DNA from: Convolutriloba macropyga | Taxonomy: Eukaryota | NCBI RefSeq assembly: GCF_964194025.1 | Contig: NC_134472.1 | Location: 51,336,001-51,400,000 of the forward strand | Length of the DNA stretch: 64,000 bases | Direction of reading: 5' to 3' | Part shown: positions 1-12,951 of the stretch, piece by piece | Position numbering within the stretch: the stretch's first letter is position 1 | Layout: every line of letters begins with the position of its first letter | Made by a program: the position numbers and the translations under genes | The notes under the pieces: model-generated | Databases searched by the model: none | What the model was told of the DNA's origin: nothing | Seen by the model: only the letters and a program-made list of their open reading frames with translations

Positions 1-1562
1 CAGTAATCAGCAACTGCTAGTTTTTGAGTGTTCTTTTTCTTTCTGTTTCGAACTTTCAACGACAAATAACGGAAATCGAAGGTTTAAGCACCAGAGATTT
101 GAAATCGCGCAATGTAACAAATTTTTGGTATGAAAATATTCAAATGAAGAAAACCAAAAGTGCGTTTGTTTAGTTTTAATCGGTTTCTATATATTCAAAC
201 ACTGAAAGAGCCCTGTATAAAGAATTTGTGCCTTTTCCAATGGCCTAAACAATTGTTTTTCGCAATTAGTTTTATATATAAAAGTCGGATATCAATACAA
301 AGATTTGATTTCATTCAAATGGAGTACAGATCATTTTATTAGTACTATAAGCCGGGCCCTTGCTCATTATGATACGCAAATCAATTTATTAAGTTCATGA
401 TGTTGAAGCATGAAGTTGAAGTACAAGTTATGAATTATAATGTTTAAAGAGCAAGCCAATTAGTACTTTTTGAGCATCTGATTACATTTTTTTTCACAAA
501 ATGATACATTAAAAATTATAGGCTCTATGGTAAACGTTCACATTTATATTACAAATATTTATATTTTTCCAATTTGACCATGCGAATAATAAATATAAAT
601 AATCATGCGTTATATGTTATTTAACATGTTGCATGCAGTTAATGTTGCATGCGATTAATGTTGCATGCGGGCTAATTAAAATTAAACATCGTTATTGTCT
701 TAAATTTTTTGAAAAACATGAGGTTTGCTTTTTTATAAAGTCTATTAGGAACTCTCCAGTTTTTTTTTGGAAGTGACTGAGAAGTAATCTACTATACTAA
801 CATCAAGAGAGAACTGAATAGCCTACATTGTTCTAACATTTGAAAGTATAATGTTAATCAAGATCGCATTTTATTTAAGCTTTATTTTTAAGTTTCTACA
901 TTTTTAATATGATATTTTCTAACTTTTCAAATGATTTTTTGACCATGCACGTATCACTATACAGTCTTCAACATGAATAAAACATAAGCGAAAATTCTGA
1001 AGTCCTCTGGCCACAACGTTAGTTTGAACACTTTGTACTCTAAAACTATGATATGGTAAGATGCATCAACGCCGGTTTTATAACTAACTAACTTTTAATA
1101 CCCAAAAAATAATCGCGAAAAGTGGCAATGTGAACATACTGTCGCCATAACGTGAACTAACCATCATTTAAAATTTTCGCAGCAAGTTGCATCTCAAAAT
1201 ATAATTGCCCATTTTTTGTAAAAATTGTTGAGAAGAGGAGTAAAAGTTACATGTCTTTGCACAATTCCAAACTAACCAGGGTGCCAAAATACCCAAAGCC
1301 ATAATATGCCATTTATTTCCTCTGAGCTTATCGTTCAACAATCCAATTACAATTTAGCAGTCGGTATTGAAAGCATGCTTTAACGTACTTAAACTAATAC
1401 TTCATTACTTCATCCTATATTCGGTATTGTCATAGTTTCATATCGAGTCGCGCAGGCCACTCTCAAGTCGGTGTTGCGAATACAACCAACAATTTTATTC
1501 GAACGTTTCAGAGGGCTGAAAGCAAGTTTGAAATTTAAAACAGAAAGCAGGAACAAAAAGTC

Positions 1563-2021
1563 ATGATGAGTGACATCTTTTTCTTTCCGCCGGGTGATGG
1601 AGCGAGAGCAGCTACTCCTGAAATGTACGTCCCTCAAGAGTCGAATCCACGCGAAAGGGGTGGTGATATAAACAGTTTGAACCTGCAGGCCAGGGATGAT
1701 AGTCTAACAGAAAATTGCAGCAATGCTTCCACTAGATTGACGAGTCACTCTGGTTTGACATCAAACCAAAGCGACGGAGAAATACGGAAGACAAAGCGAG
1801 AGAAAACCTCAAGTGACCTCATAGTAATCAACCATAAGAGCGAAAATTGTAGAGTTGTAGTGGCCGCAACGGGGGGAAGCGCTAACTCAGGTGCTTGTGA
1901 ATCTGTGCCCAAAAACAACAGATCACTGCCCGAGAAGGCAGATTCAGCGCAAAAGGTGCCGATTGCAGGAGGAGAAGAAGACCTTGAACAATTTAACCTG
2001 ATACAACTGTATCACTGTCAG
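1563..2021 (+). CDS. Exon 1 of a coiled-coil protein gene (Ser-rich, probably disordered N-terminus)
   Basis: ATG at 1563/1566, open frame to CAG|GTACGT donor at 2021/2022 (phase 0), which joins in frame to the phase-0 acceptor at 6552/6553. The join is inferred and additional small exons cannot be excluded. Confidence 0.6.
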
Positions 2022-4199
2022 GTACGTAATTTGAGCCAATGTTAACTTGAATTTGAAAAAAGCTCCAGTTTCAAGGAAATTGCTGGTAACTCAGGTCGAG
2101 AACAGCTTGGAAAATACGGCAGAAATAACTAGAATTTGAACAAATTCCAAATTTGAAATTTTAATAAATTAGCGAAAACCGTTTATTTGACTGGAGGTAG
2201 AATGGGAAGAAATGATCGGATTTTCTCAGAAAGGTCACTCTAATTTCTGGCAACATTTCTTTAACTAAAAAATCATGAAGTGCTGTTCTGCATTTGCGCA
2301 GAACATCAGATTGGCTGTTCGCATTCAGTACTGTGAAAACAAGGTCCCGAGATTTAAAAATCGTTCCAACTTCGGTCATTTGTTGATTTTTTGTTAAACT
2401 CTGTTTCTTTCCAACCGATTATTACGTTCAGATTCTACTCAGTTCGTCCATTTTGGCGAAAATCTAATCGAGCTTATGCACCTGGGCATAAAAATGACAA
2501 GAAAATGAGGAGCTGATAAGACAAATTTTCGGCAAATCAATCATAGATAACATTCTGCTTGTTAGGGATCTAAGAGCAACTCATACTAAATATTATCTCT
2601 TTTGCACGCACTTAGTTGATAATCATGAAAGTTTATTAGTAATAACGACAGTATTCTCGCAAAAAATCTCATGCTTTACAGTCCTTATTTTGAAAGAGGA
2701 AAATTTTAATTCTGATTAAGTACAGGCGAAGAGAAACAAGTTACAATCTTGAATTCGTCGAAAATCCAAAAAAGTAAAGTAGTAATTTTATTTTAATAGC
2801 TTTTGAAAAAACACCAATTTTTTCAATGCGAATTCGTTTTTAGCCAATTCTATCCGAAAACGAAATTCCACCGGTACAAAATTTTTGAGTAAATTTACTT
2901 GTTTTTATTTCTACATTTCATTTTTTCTATGCTATCACATTGTGCGTGCGAAATATACTTGCGAACTTCGCGTACGAAAAGGCGTTGCCCTATATGGAAA
3001 TTACAGTCAGTGTTTTACACTTTTGAACTGGAAGTTGAAAAGTTAAAATTTGGTTGAAATTTGACTTTGAATTTGAAAAAAGTTGAAATTCCCTGACAGC
3101 CGAAGGTAACTACTTTTCACGATTATTTGATGCTGTTGCTCTTAATCGTTTTGTGGAAACTACTTTTATAAATTTGAGCGCATTGAACGGAGGTGGCTAC
3201 TTGAAAGCGCCATTCACTTTCTTTGGAAGTAGTTTTTGGTACCTGTAGACGCTCGTAGTGATTGTTATTCATTTTCATTTACACATGTTCCCCCAAAGAA
3301 TAAAAAAATTAGAGAAAAATCAAAAAATATCTATCCACCTATCCAACCACAACCAAAAAAAGACAAATGAGCAGAAAAGATGTCTTTCAGTAAGCCACTG
3401 GAAAAAGAGTGAAAAAAACATTGAAAATGAAAACGGAACTGTTACAAAAGTTTTGCAAAAACTTTGATTTAATTTGTACTTTTTTTCAGTTGGATTCCAG
3501 CTTTTTGGCAATTTGTTTAGAATCTAATAGATTTTGTTCGAAATAATTAGCGCTGAGACCAAATGTGTGGTTCTAGGTTTTTGATGTGTTTATTTTACTC
3601 CTTTCTCTTGTTGAGGTTTGAGTTTTGTAATGTCAATAAAATATCAAAACATTTTCGAGGTGCTCATGTTCAACTGTGCTTTTTAAATACGTTTTTTTTC
3701 ATTGAAAAAAATGTGTTCTTATGTCACGTGTGTGAACAAATTCAGTCCCAACTGACTTCCTTCACTATCAAACTGACTTTTCATTTCTATCAAAATTTCT
3801 TTGCTTGTATTGATTTTACGATTTAAGATGAACAAACAAAATATTATTTTTGAGAGGGTTATTTGAAAAGCAACAGTTTGGTCTAAGTTGTCGTCATAAT
3901 CGTCACTCGAAAAGCCAAAAACTGTTTCTCGTAAGTGTTTTGGCACTTAATTTGCTTTATTTGTAATTTCAAACTTTAGTTATAAAAAGACAGTTTTGGT
4001 CACTCAGCTTTGTTTGAAAAACTGAATTTTGTAAGGCGTTCTTTTTAGTCGAACAAATTGCATTCATTATCTAAAGAAAAAGAACTAGATATTGAAATTT
4101 TTTATGCGATATTTCATAAATGTCAAACAAATATCCGCGAGCAAACAAAATATATTTTTAATTTCAATTTTTTTCTTTTTTAGTATATCTTATTTGAGG

Positions 4200-5300
4200 A
4201 GTCGGGTTACTAGACAATGTGTTTGTTTTGCTTAAACCTTTAAATTGACTGATAAATTTAGAAAAAGTTTATACACATTTAAATTATTTTAAAGCACTCA
4301 AGGCAAAAATGGTTAATTCTTTTGCCTAGCTTTCATTCAACAAAGCGCAGGAAGAACAAAATTACAAGTTATTAATGTGTTGGCATATTTTTGTAGGGCG
4401 TCAGCCTTGATTATTTTGTAGCATATTTGTTTAAAACAAGATCTTTCTTGTTATCCGCACAATGCTACTCGGAAAGTTTTTGATGTGTTTTTTTAGCTTC
4501 AGATTTCCGTCAAGATTAGAACCCAGGAATTTACACTAGTCATCTCAATATTTTATCCCGTAAAGTGATAATATTTGGTTTTACATCTAGACGTTCCTCT
4601 TATCGTTAAAGAAGAACATAAATTGCATTTTTCCAAAGTTTATCATCAGCTATTTTGTTGTAAAGATTTTTTTTATTAATTTTGATTTTCCTGGAGTTCC
4701 ATAATACATTTGTCGGCGTTTAGCTGCTACCTAAAATAGTCGTATCATCTGTATGTTTGATCAATTTTCTTTATGACTGACTGCTACTATGATATCGCTC
4801 AGCTAAAATTTCTCTAAAGCTTTTGCAAAGAGATGATCAAAGTTTATTTAAAAAAATAATTTCGCTAGAAGTTTGCTAATCTTAATTATTATATGTTTCC
4901 AGAGTTTTTATCTAATACTCACAACATAATTTTTTGTTAACCAATCACATGTGTTTTGTAGAACATTTTTCGAGAAAGCAATGAAGTGTGATTGCCTAAA
5001 ATAGGAACAATAATAAAAATAATAATAATAAGTTTCTTCAATGCGTTTCTTTACAGATTTAAGTTTCGCATACAAACTCGTGAAGAAGACACAACCACCA
5101 CACCACTCATTTCCTTATCTGATGTTATCCATTAAGTTGCTTTGAGGAAAATGAAACCCAAAAAAGACTCATTTTGCATGATTAACCATCTAGCTTAAAA
5201 AATCTGATTTGCATTTCACTCTACGACCTGTAATCTGGCCGTATAAGATTATTAGTAACTAAATAACTAAGCATTCTCTTTGCTCTATTATGTAGCGAAA
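4200..5300 (-). mobile_element. Old decayed CR1/L2-type LINE reverse-transcriptase fragment inside intron 1
   Basis: Manual minus-strand translation gives IKHTDDTTIL (~4735-4765, YADD motif), QNxLMINFGKMQFMF and CKFLGSNLDGNLKLKKHIKN (~4475-4535) in the expected order; many stops and frameshifts; boundaries approximate. Confidence 0.65.
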
Positions 5301-5350
5301 ACTGGATTTTCGTCGTTTTACATTTACCGATGCTATATAGGTTTTTCTGT

Positions 5351-6189
5351 CCCTGGGCGAGACTGGATGGTTATCTTGTAAGATTTTACAAAATTCTTGC
5401 AAAAAAAATTATCCCCGGGTCGCCACTTCTCAGTAGTCATACAAGGATCATAAATGATGTCATAGATTTTATAACGTATTTCATATTACAATCCTTGTAA
5501 GACTACTAAGAAACCATACATGATCCTTGTATGATTGAGAGAAAAGCACATATATTTTAATCGATTAGGCATCACTTTTGTGATTCCCAGGCATCACTAT
5601 GTGAACCCCCAAAAGACCCTAACCTACAATATCGCCTGCAAAATTGGGCACTAAATAAAAGAATAAGTCCAAATGCATAACTAAAGATCTGATACTCTCT
5701 GAAGCCAGTTAATACCTATAAATGCTCATTTATAAGAAACATAGAAAATTTTTTAGCATACAACCTCAAAATCGTTTTGTGAATATGTCCAAATTGCAAA
5801 TTTATTCTTTTAGTGCATGCAAAGAATCAAATGTGGATTGCAAATGCGATATATTCATATTACATGTCCCCTGACTACATTATACTGGAATTTGTGGCTC
5901 CAGTCAACGCTTTATGTGTCATATATGAGCTTGTATAATTTCCAAGAAATTTTTTTAACCTCGATTGAAAACGAAATTTAAACAGTTTTTAGGCTTTGAA
6001 ATTTTTTGTATGATCCCTGAATGACTAGTAGGAAATCATATGGGATCCTTGTATGACTACCAAGTTTTCGTACAAATCATATATGACCGAATATGATTAC
6101 TAAGAATCATATATGACCTAGTATGACTTGTAAGATTCTGTCAGAATCTTGTAAGATCTTACAAGATAACCGTTCGGAGTTGTCCCGGG
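5351..6189. mobile_element. Non-autonomous DNA transposon/MITE with CCC...GGG termini
   Basis: ~40-bp imperfect TIRs (CCCTGGGCGAGACTGGATGGTTATCTTGTAAGATTTTACAA vs ...TTGTAAGATCTTACAAGATAACCGTTCGGAGTTGTCCCGGG) plus a perfect 17-bp internal inverted pair 5433-5449/6044-6060; no clean TSD seen. Confidence 0.7.
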
Positions 6190-6552
6190 TTGTCTTCTTG
6201 TTTCATAATTCAATCTTGGTTGCAATTGAACGAGGTCTTTTAGGAAACCAATACAATGGATATTGTTTTCATTTTCAATCGCAAAAAACAAGCAGACGTT
6301 GTCTTAAATAGAGCTCATAGATTGTGTTTATATTAAATTTAAAAAAGATATTAAGAGGGGAATTTTTTGGAAAAAAAATAAGTCTGATTATCTTTTTTTG
6401 AATTTTAAGCAGGGGTTCCAAATTGTATTTTCTGACTGAACCATGATATCATCCCTTTGAATCCCAATCTTTCAAGACAACACAATTGACCTGGAATTGA
6501 GTTTTCGCATTTATTTGCTTATTTAATAAAAATTTGGTATTTTACTGTTCAG

Positions 6553-7089
6553 CTGAAGCTTGAGGAGGTACTCACGGTCACCGTAGAGCAAAAGATAGAG
6601 GTCGAGAGTTTGAAACAGCAACAGCATGAAACCCTTCAGAAATTGAGCAGAAGTGAAACCGATCGGATAACTTGCGAAAAAAAACGTCAAAAAACAATTG
6701 GGCAATTACAGAAACAAATTAAGTTACTTGAAAAACAGTCAGCAGAATTTGTGAAGCAAATTGATGCCAAGGAAAAGGAATGCAAACGACTGCAATTGAA
6801 ACTTCATCGCAGCCATGAAGAAGCTTCTTCATATTTCGACCATTTTTACTCGGAATCAATTGAAAGCCAGGAAGAAATGATAGAGAAACAAAAAGTAGAC
6901 ATAACAAAACTACGTACCCAGATAGAGGAGAAAGACTCCCAAATCAGAGATTACGCCATTAAGGGAATCGCAGCTTTTAAAAAAGAAGAAGAAACGTCAC
7001 TTAAAAACGAGGAACTGTTGCATGAGCTGGAAGAAAAAGGAAACACTATAGAAGAACTTACGAAACAAGTTGCTGCCTCTAAAGAAGTC
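6553..7089 (+). CDS. Exon 2 of coiled-coil protein gene
   Basis: TTTACTGTTCAG acceptor ending 6552; frame LKLEEVLTVTVEQK... continuous with ORF 6610-7254; strong E/K/Q/L heptad character; GTC|GTAAGT phase-0 donor at 7090 (alternative CAG|GTTAAG at 7201). Confidence 0.75.
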
Positions 7090-7227
7090 GTAAGTCCACA
7101 ATCTACTAACAAACTATCCGATAATGTCGTCGTGTATAGCTTAAGTGACTGTGGTGAAATCAATGAGAAAATCTGCCGTGCAAAAAAACGAGTTCTGCAG
7201 GTTAAGATGCAACAGGACATATTCGAA

Positions 7228-7461
7228 GTGACGGAGTCACGTAACCTTGCTTGAAACACCCACTTATTAGAAAGTCTTAAAAATTGACATTTTAAATCGA
7301 ATAATATGGCGGTCTAGACACTGTACGTGAGGGTTTCTATCAGTTTTGATAATCAAAATTATGCAAGTGCCAGTTTCAAAATTCTATATCTCTGCCGTGC
7401 CAGTGACAGACTTGAAAGTGGCTTGAAAGGGCATATTTCAAGCACGGTTACGTGGATCCGC
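7228..7461. mobile_element. Small MITE in intron 2
   Basis: 25-bp inverted repeats with 3 mismatches (7232-7256 and 7436-7460); 8-bp direct repeat TATTCGAA on both sides (7220-7227, 7462-7469) as a possible TSD. Confidence 0.65.
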
Positions 7462-7937
7462 TATTCGAAAACTTGATTTGCATCTCAAACTGCAGCGCAA
7501 TTCTAGAATAATGCCTGATTTTCGTAGTGACAGAGAACCGTTTCATTGACACACACAACCGTTTCTTCATCAGAGTCTCACAACCCATACTTAATTTCAT
7601 CATGTACACTGTATGTTCCCAGGTTGACGTTTAACACCCAAAACCGTTGTCCACATTTGCCCATATAGTTCTCCCATTTTTGTTTATATATGATGATGAG
7701 AACATCAAAATGGTGCAATGGGGCAGTCCTTTGGAGTAAGAGCCCCCCCCCCCCCCCCCCCAAAAGAAATAAATTGTGAGAAAAAGCTGAATTGGCCTGA
7801 GTTCTGAATTAAATCTAGGAGTTGTCTCGCAAAAATATTGTAAGCTTGAACAGTTTTTTTTTACGAATTGAAGTCTCGTCGCTTTCGTTTAAATATAATA
7901 CATTCATTAATTCTGAAAGCCATTTGACATTTTTTAG

Positions 7938-8339
7938 GTGGCTCAATTGGAGCAGAATTTGAAAACTGAGAAAGACAGGGCCGATCGTGTCCAGGACGAA
8001 TACGAGCGAGACAAGGAAAAATGGAGCAAACAAAAAGAGGGAACAATGAATATGGTAATGCAAAAGTCAGACACGATCCCTACAAGCAGTTCAATGCAAA
8101 AACAGCAACGAAAGTCTCTCTATGAACATGTTGGCCGCCAATTAACAGGTGATCACAACGAAGATAATGAAAATTTCGAGGAAACAAAGAAACAAAACAA
8201 GAAGAAGAGTCGCTTTTGGCAATTATCAGGAAAGCAGAAAAGGGCCAAAACTCTTGATGAGTATGTATCAACTCCACTTTACGGACAATATGAAACTATT
8301 GACGAGTATTCTGCATATGCAACTGAAGCAGAACATTAA
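7938..8339 (+). CDS. Terminal exon 3 of coiled-coil protein gene (about 465 aa total if exons 1-3 are joined)
   Basis: TTTTTTAG acceptor ending 7937, phase 0; splice gives ...QVAASKEV|VAQLEQNLKTEKDRADRVQDEYE..., continuing the coiled coil; TAA at 8337-8339; AATAAA at 8639-8644. Confidence 0.75.
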   Translation: MAQLEQNLKTEKDRADRVQDEYERDKEKWSKQKEGTMNMVMQKSDTIPTSSSMQKQQRKSLYEHVGRQLTGDHNEDNENFEETKKQNKKKSRFWQLSGKQKRAKTLDEYVSTPLYGQYETIDEYSAYATEAEH

Positions 8340-8906
8340 AACTCATAGAGCATCAAACGAAAGCTCAGTAAATGCTTAGTTACACACAACAGTTTCACTG
8401 ATAAGATGCACCAGATGGAACACACTAAATTTTTCATTATATTCAAACGCAAATAATATTTTACAACTCTCGTGTACAATTTTTTCAAAAAAAACTTTTA
8501 CTATTTTTGATTTTCATGTCAATGTAAGTTTACGTAAAGCAGTGTTTGTATGAAAACTTTCTATGAATTCCTAAAATTTTCATTCTATAAGGGCTTTTTT
8601 CTTATCATTAACTCGTCGGTCTTGTTTCAAAATTCCGAAATAAAAGAATTAAAATAGCCGAAATATATTGGATCTAAGTCTGCTCTATTCGCAATTCCAC
8701 ACGTCTCCTTAGAGTAGTTCGTTGGAAAAAAGACCCACTAGTAAGGCTAATTACTTCGAAGCCCTCACTGTTTGACAAAAAGTGTCATATCAAGCACTTC
8801 CTTCAACCCCTATATGAAGTTTGTCGGGGCCTCATTGTTTTTTACTCAATTGCCAATAGTAAAGTGTTAGACTTTCTGTAGTTCTCAAGAACGTAATAAC
8901 CAATTA

Positions 8907-9650
8907 ATTCGAGTGAAGAATCTCGATATGGGATTTTTTGCCAGGCTCCCAATTCAATTGTTTTATTACATGATCAACCAAAATTTTTATGAAACAGTGA
9001 GAATGAAGCGAAAACACTGTTGGCGTTGACTCCACAACCCAGCCAGACAAAAGACAAACAACTTGAATAGAGCACTAAGCCAATGCTCATCCGGTTTTTA
9101 AGGCTACTTCAGACCTATACTGGGTTAGCCCAGTTCGCCAAGTCTCTTAAGGTTAGGCAACTTTATCCACTTAGACGCTTCACTATTCATCCACTGGAGA
9201 GAGCACAGCTCGCTATCACTCTGAGTATAAGGTCGTCTCAGTGTCTTAGTGGTGCACACTGTCGTTAATGTAGCCATCTCTCCGTTGTTGTTCTCCTTCT
9301 ACAATCTCAATTTAGCATACTTTTTGAAAGGCGTATCGTTAAATAAATCAAATGCCAGTCAATAAGATTGTAAATAAAAAAAGAGCTTAAAATTAGTTTT
9401 ATGGTAGAGAGATCTACCTTTCTTTTGAAGAAGTTAATTAAGCTGTACATAAGAATGCACTTCCTTTATGAGAAAACTAAAAAAATTAGAACTACACAAT
9501 ATTAAGTAACATATGGTCAATTTTCCTGTAGAGCAACTAGCTAAAAACTTCCATGTGTTCCAAGCAAGTAATGGTACGGACTATACTTACCAGTACAAAG
9601 CCGGTATCAACAAAAAATAAGACTCAAAACAAGAAAGAGTAGAAAATTAG
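8907..9650 (+). repeat. ~750-bp repeat, copy 1 (copy 2 at 16884-17630; partial copy at 16675-16860)
   Basis: Collinear diverged match, e.g. CTGTTGGCGTTGACTCCACAACCCAGC and GTGTTCCAAGCAAGTAATGGTACGGACTATACTTACCAGTA occur in both full copies. Confidence 0.9.
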
Positions 9651-12600
9651 CTGACTAAATTAGAGAAAAAGTATGGTTACCACAATACATAATTTTAAAC
9701 AATTCTTTCAAATTTTATTTTATCCCCCCGACGGTAACAATAAGTCCACGAATCACATTATAACTAAACTTTGTCTTTTCCCAATTGGTTGTTCACAAAC
9801 AGCATCCAACTGTGGAAAGAGTCCAACGGCGGGTGGACAGTAGATGGAATTGACAATGTAGAAATACGGTTTGTCCGAACAAAACCGATCGCTGCATCAT
9901 CCTTTTTAGCACTTCCAGGTGACCTGGCTAGATGTAGGCATCTGCTTAACATTCGCAATCGACAGGATGAGAAGTGCTTCCTCTACTGCTACACCGCTCA
10001 ATACCATAGCACCATTGGACCCAAACTATTTTCTGACAATACATCCTGGCGACAGAAAACAAACCCCATAATGTATGGACCGGAAAACCCCAGAGCAAAA
10101 CAACCCGTTGGAACATTTATGAGGCCAATGGCTTTCCATCAAATGGAAAATTTTGAGCAGCTGAACAATGTTCGTTTCAATGTTTTCAGACACTCGAACA
10201 ATAAGTTGATACCGTTTCGCATTTCAAAAAATCAAAATTTCAGCTTTGACCTTGATCTGCTCTTGCTAAGTGATGGCACAATGCCTCACTATGTCCTTAT
10301 CACCAACATCAAAGGACTAATTCACAAGTACAAGCAGATAATTCAACGCGCAGACAATCATTTATGCCGCAATTGTTTCCACCTCAGTACTTCACTAGGT
10401 AGACATGAAAAGCATGAACAAATTTGTCATCAGAACACTCAGGCAATAATAAAAATGCCAAAAACTGAGCAGCGAAACTTTGAATTCAAAAATGTTCAAG
10501 CCCGGTGGTTTGCCCCAATTGTTGGTTTTTTTGATCTCGAGTCAATTATTGAACCCGTTGCTGGCAGTAGTCAGGAAAACTCAGTAACGAAAGCGCTGGA
10601 AGAGCACAAACCATGTAGCTATGCTCTACTTTTTGTTGCCCTGGATAAAAAAAAACCTTTCTTCTTTGATATAAAAAGCGGACCGAATGTGATGAAAGAT
10701 TTTGTCAAGACACTTGAAAGAATTGCTAAGGATATTTATGATGTGAAGCAATAACACAAAAACTTTTCCGGTGAGGTAACAACACCCAAGCAAGACGCTA
10801 CCTTGTGTTGGATATGTGACACCGAATTGAACAAAAACGCTCAAGATCCAACCGTACTAGACCATTGTCATTTCACTGGAACATTTTTAGGATGGGCTCA
10901 CGCACAGTGTAACTTGAAACGCAGAACTCTCAACTACACTCCCCTCTTCGCCCACAACTTAGCAAATTATGATCTTCACCATGTAGTACTGGCACTACAG
11001 AACATAGATGAGAGGAACACAATTTCGATTGTACCCAGCACAAGCTAAAAATTCATCTCGTTGCAAATAGGAGTTCACATCAAAACAACTCAAAACAAAA
11101 AAGGTGTGTGGACCAGTCAATATGAATACATCAGACTTATGGACTCATGTAAATTCATGAACACTTCACTTGACAGGTTGGTGCAGAACCTGCCAGCAGA
11201 CCAATTCAACATGCTTGAACAACATTTCGAAAATTGGCCCGAGTCATCAGTCAAACTGTTGAAACAAAAGGGTTCGTTCCCTTATTGCTATATAGACAAT
11301 TTCGAAAAACTGCAGGAGCTTCAGCTTCCTCCACGCAATTTGTGGTCAAATAGCTTGCAGCAGTATGAAGTCACAGTAACTGAAGATGAATACGCAAGGG
11401 CAGTTGAAGTTTTCAATTTATTCAAGTGTCAGAACATTGGGAAGTACTACAACTTGTACTTGAAAACAGATGTTTTTCTTCTCGCTGCTGTAGTTCTATG
11501 CTTCCGGAAGGTATGCTATGAGACATATGGACTGGATTGTTGTCAATACTACACGGCATCTAACTTGTCAGGTGATGCCATGCTGAAAATCTGCAACCCC
11601 GAACTCCATCTTCTTACAGAGAGAGAACATCTCGATATGGTGGAGAGCTTGATAAGAGGTGTGAGCTCAGTATACAGCAAGCGACTTTGTAGGGCAAACA
11701 ATAAGTTTCTGCCGGACTACAAGCCGAAGAATATTTCTTCGTTCATTGTAATGATTGATGCAAATAACCTCAACGGTGGAATCATGGAAAAGTTCCCGCT
11801 TCCTCTTCGTGGTGAGTTTGAATTATTTGACAAGAGCGAATGGACCGACGCAAATGCACAAGAAATATTGAATCGAATCTTTAAAACACCGGACGATGAT
11901 GAAATAGGATATATTGTTGAAGTAGATTTCAGTTATCAAGATAGCTTGCATGACCTTCACTCATATTTTCTATTGGCACCCGCAAAAGAAGCAATAAATG
12001 AATGCTGGCTGAGTGAATATCAAAGCGATTTATTAGAAGAGATGCAAATCAAAAAACCTCCTCCGGTTAAAAAGCACATTCAGACGCTTTTTGATAAACA
12101 GAACTATACACTGCACTATCAAACGCTGAAACTCTATGTTGAATTGGGATTGGTAGTAACTAAGCTTCATCGAGTGCTATCATTCAGACAAGAAAAGTGG
12201 TTGGCCCTCTACGCGAAACTGAATACGGAAAAACGGAAGCAGGCGAAGAATAAATTTGAAGAGGATTTTTTCAAATTGATGGTCAACTCATCGTTTGGAA
12301 AAACCTGTGAGGGTAAACGCAACCATTTGAAAATCAAGTTGACCCGCACTGAAGAAGAAACTTTGAAGTGGACAGAAAAGCCCGAGTATCAGTCGTCGCA
12401 GATCATTACTGAAGATCTTGTTACTGTATGTCTTCAGCAATCGGAAATACTTTGGGACAAGCCAACAATAGTAGGTGCCTGTATATTGGATTTGGCGAAG
12501 AAGTTCATGTTCGAGTTCCACTACAAAGTCATGAAGAAAAACTTTGATTGTAATTTGCTTTATTCAGACACAGACTCTTTTGTGTATGAAGTGCGCTCGA

Positions 12601-12798
12601 GAGACTTTTTTGCGGAACTACAGCGGAAAAAGTCGGTCGCTGAACAGTTTGATTTTTCAAACTTCCCATCTCAACACCCATTGTACAGCAGGGAGAATGC
12701 CCGTGTCACGTTGAAATTCAAAGATGAGATGGGAAGCAAGCCAATTGCAGAGTTCTGTGGACTGAAGCCTAAGCTGTATTCTATCAAGCTCGCCGAAG

Positions 12799-12951
12799 GT
12801 AAGTATAAGTCTTTTTCACTACCACTACTGCACCATACATACAAAGACATTCAACAAAAGCAAGCATACGCTAGACGTTAACATACAACTAAGTTTTTTA
12901 CTGCAGGCAGGAAGACCAGAATGAATTGGAAACAAAACAATTTTTTTTCAG
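12799..12951 (+). other. Probable spliceosomal intron within the polB gene
   Basis: GAAG|GTAAGT donor, TTTTTTTTCAG|G acceptor; 153 nt with an in-frame TAA (12879-12881); removal restores KPKLYSIKLAEG-PAKQSAKGV. Confidence 0.8.

Noticed and set aside
1000-1330. Possible LINE C-terminal remnant on minus strand (YYGFGYFG, ILQKWAI)
   Set aside because: Only two short degenerate motifs; suggestive but insufficient.
7520-7590. Minus-strand CTGATGA...GAAAC hammerhead candidate
   Set aside because: Stem II only 3-4 bp and stem I does not pair.
10752-11048. Stop-codon reassignment or read-through in polB
   Set aside because: The two TAAs would need different amino acids (probably Q and E), other motifs are also damaged, and host genes here end in TAA; simple decay fits better.
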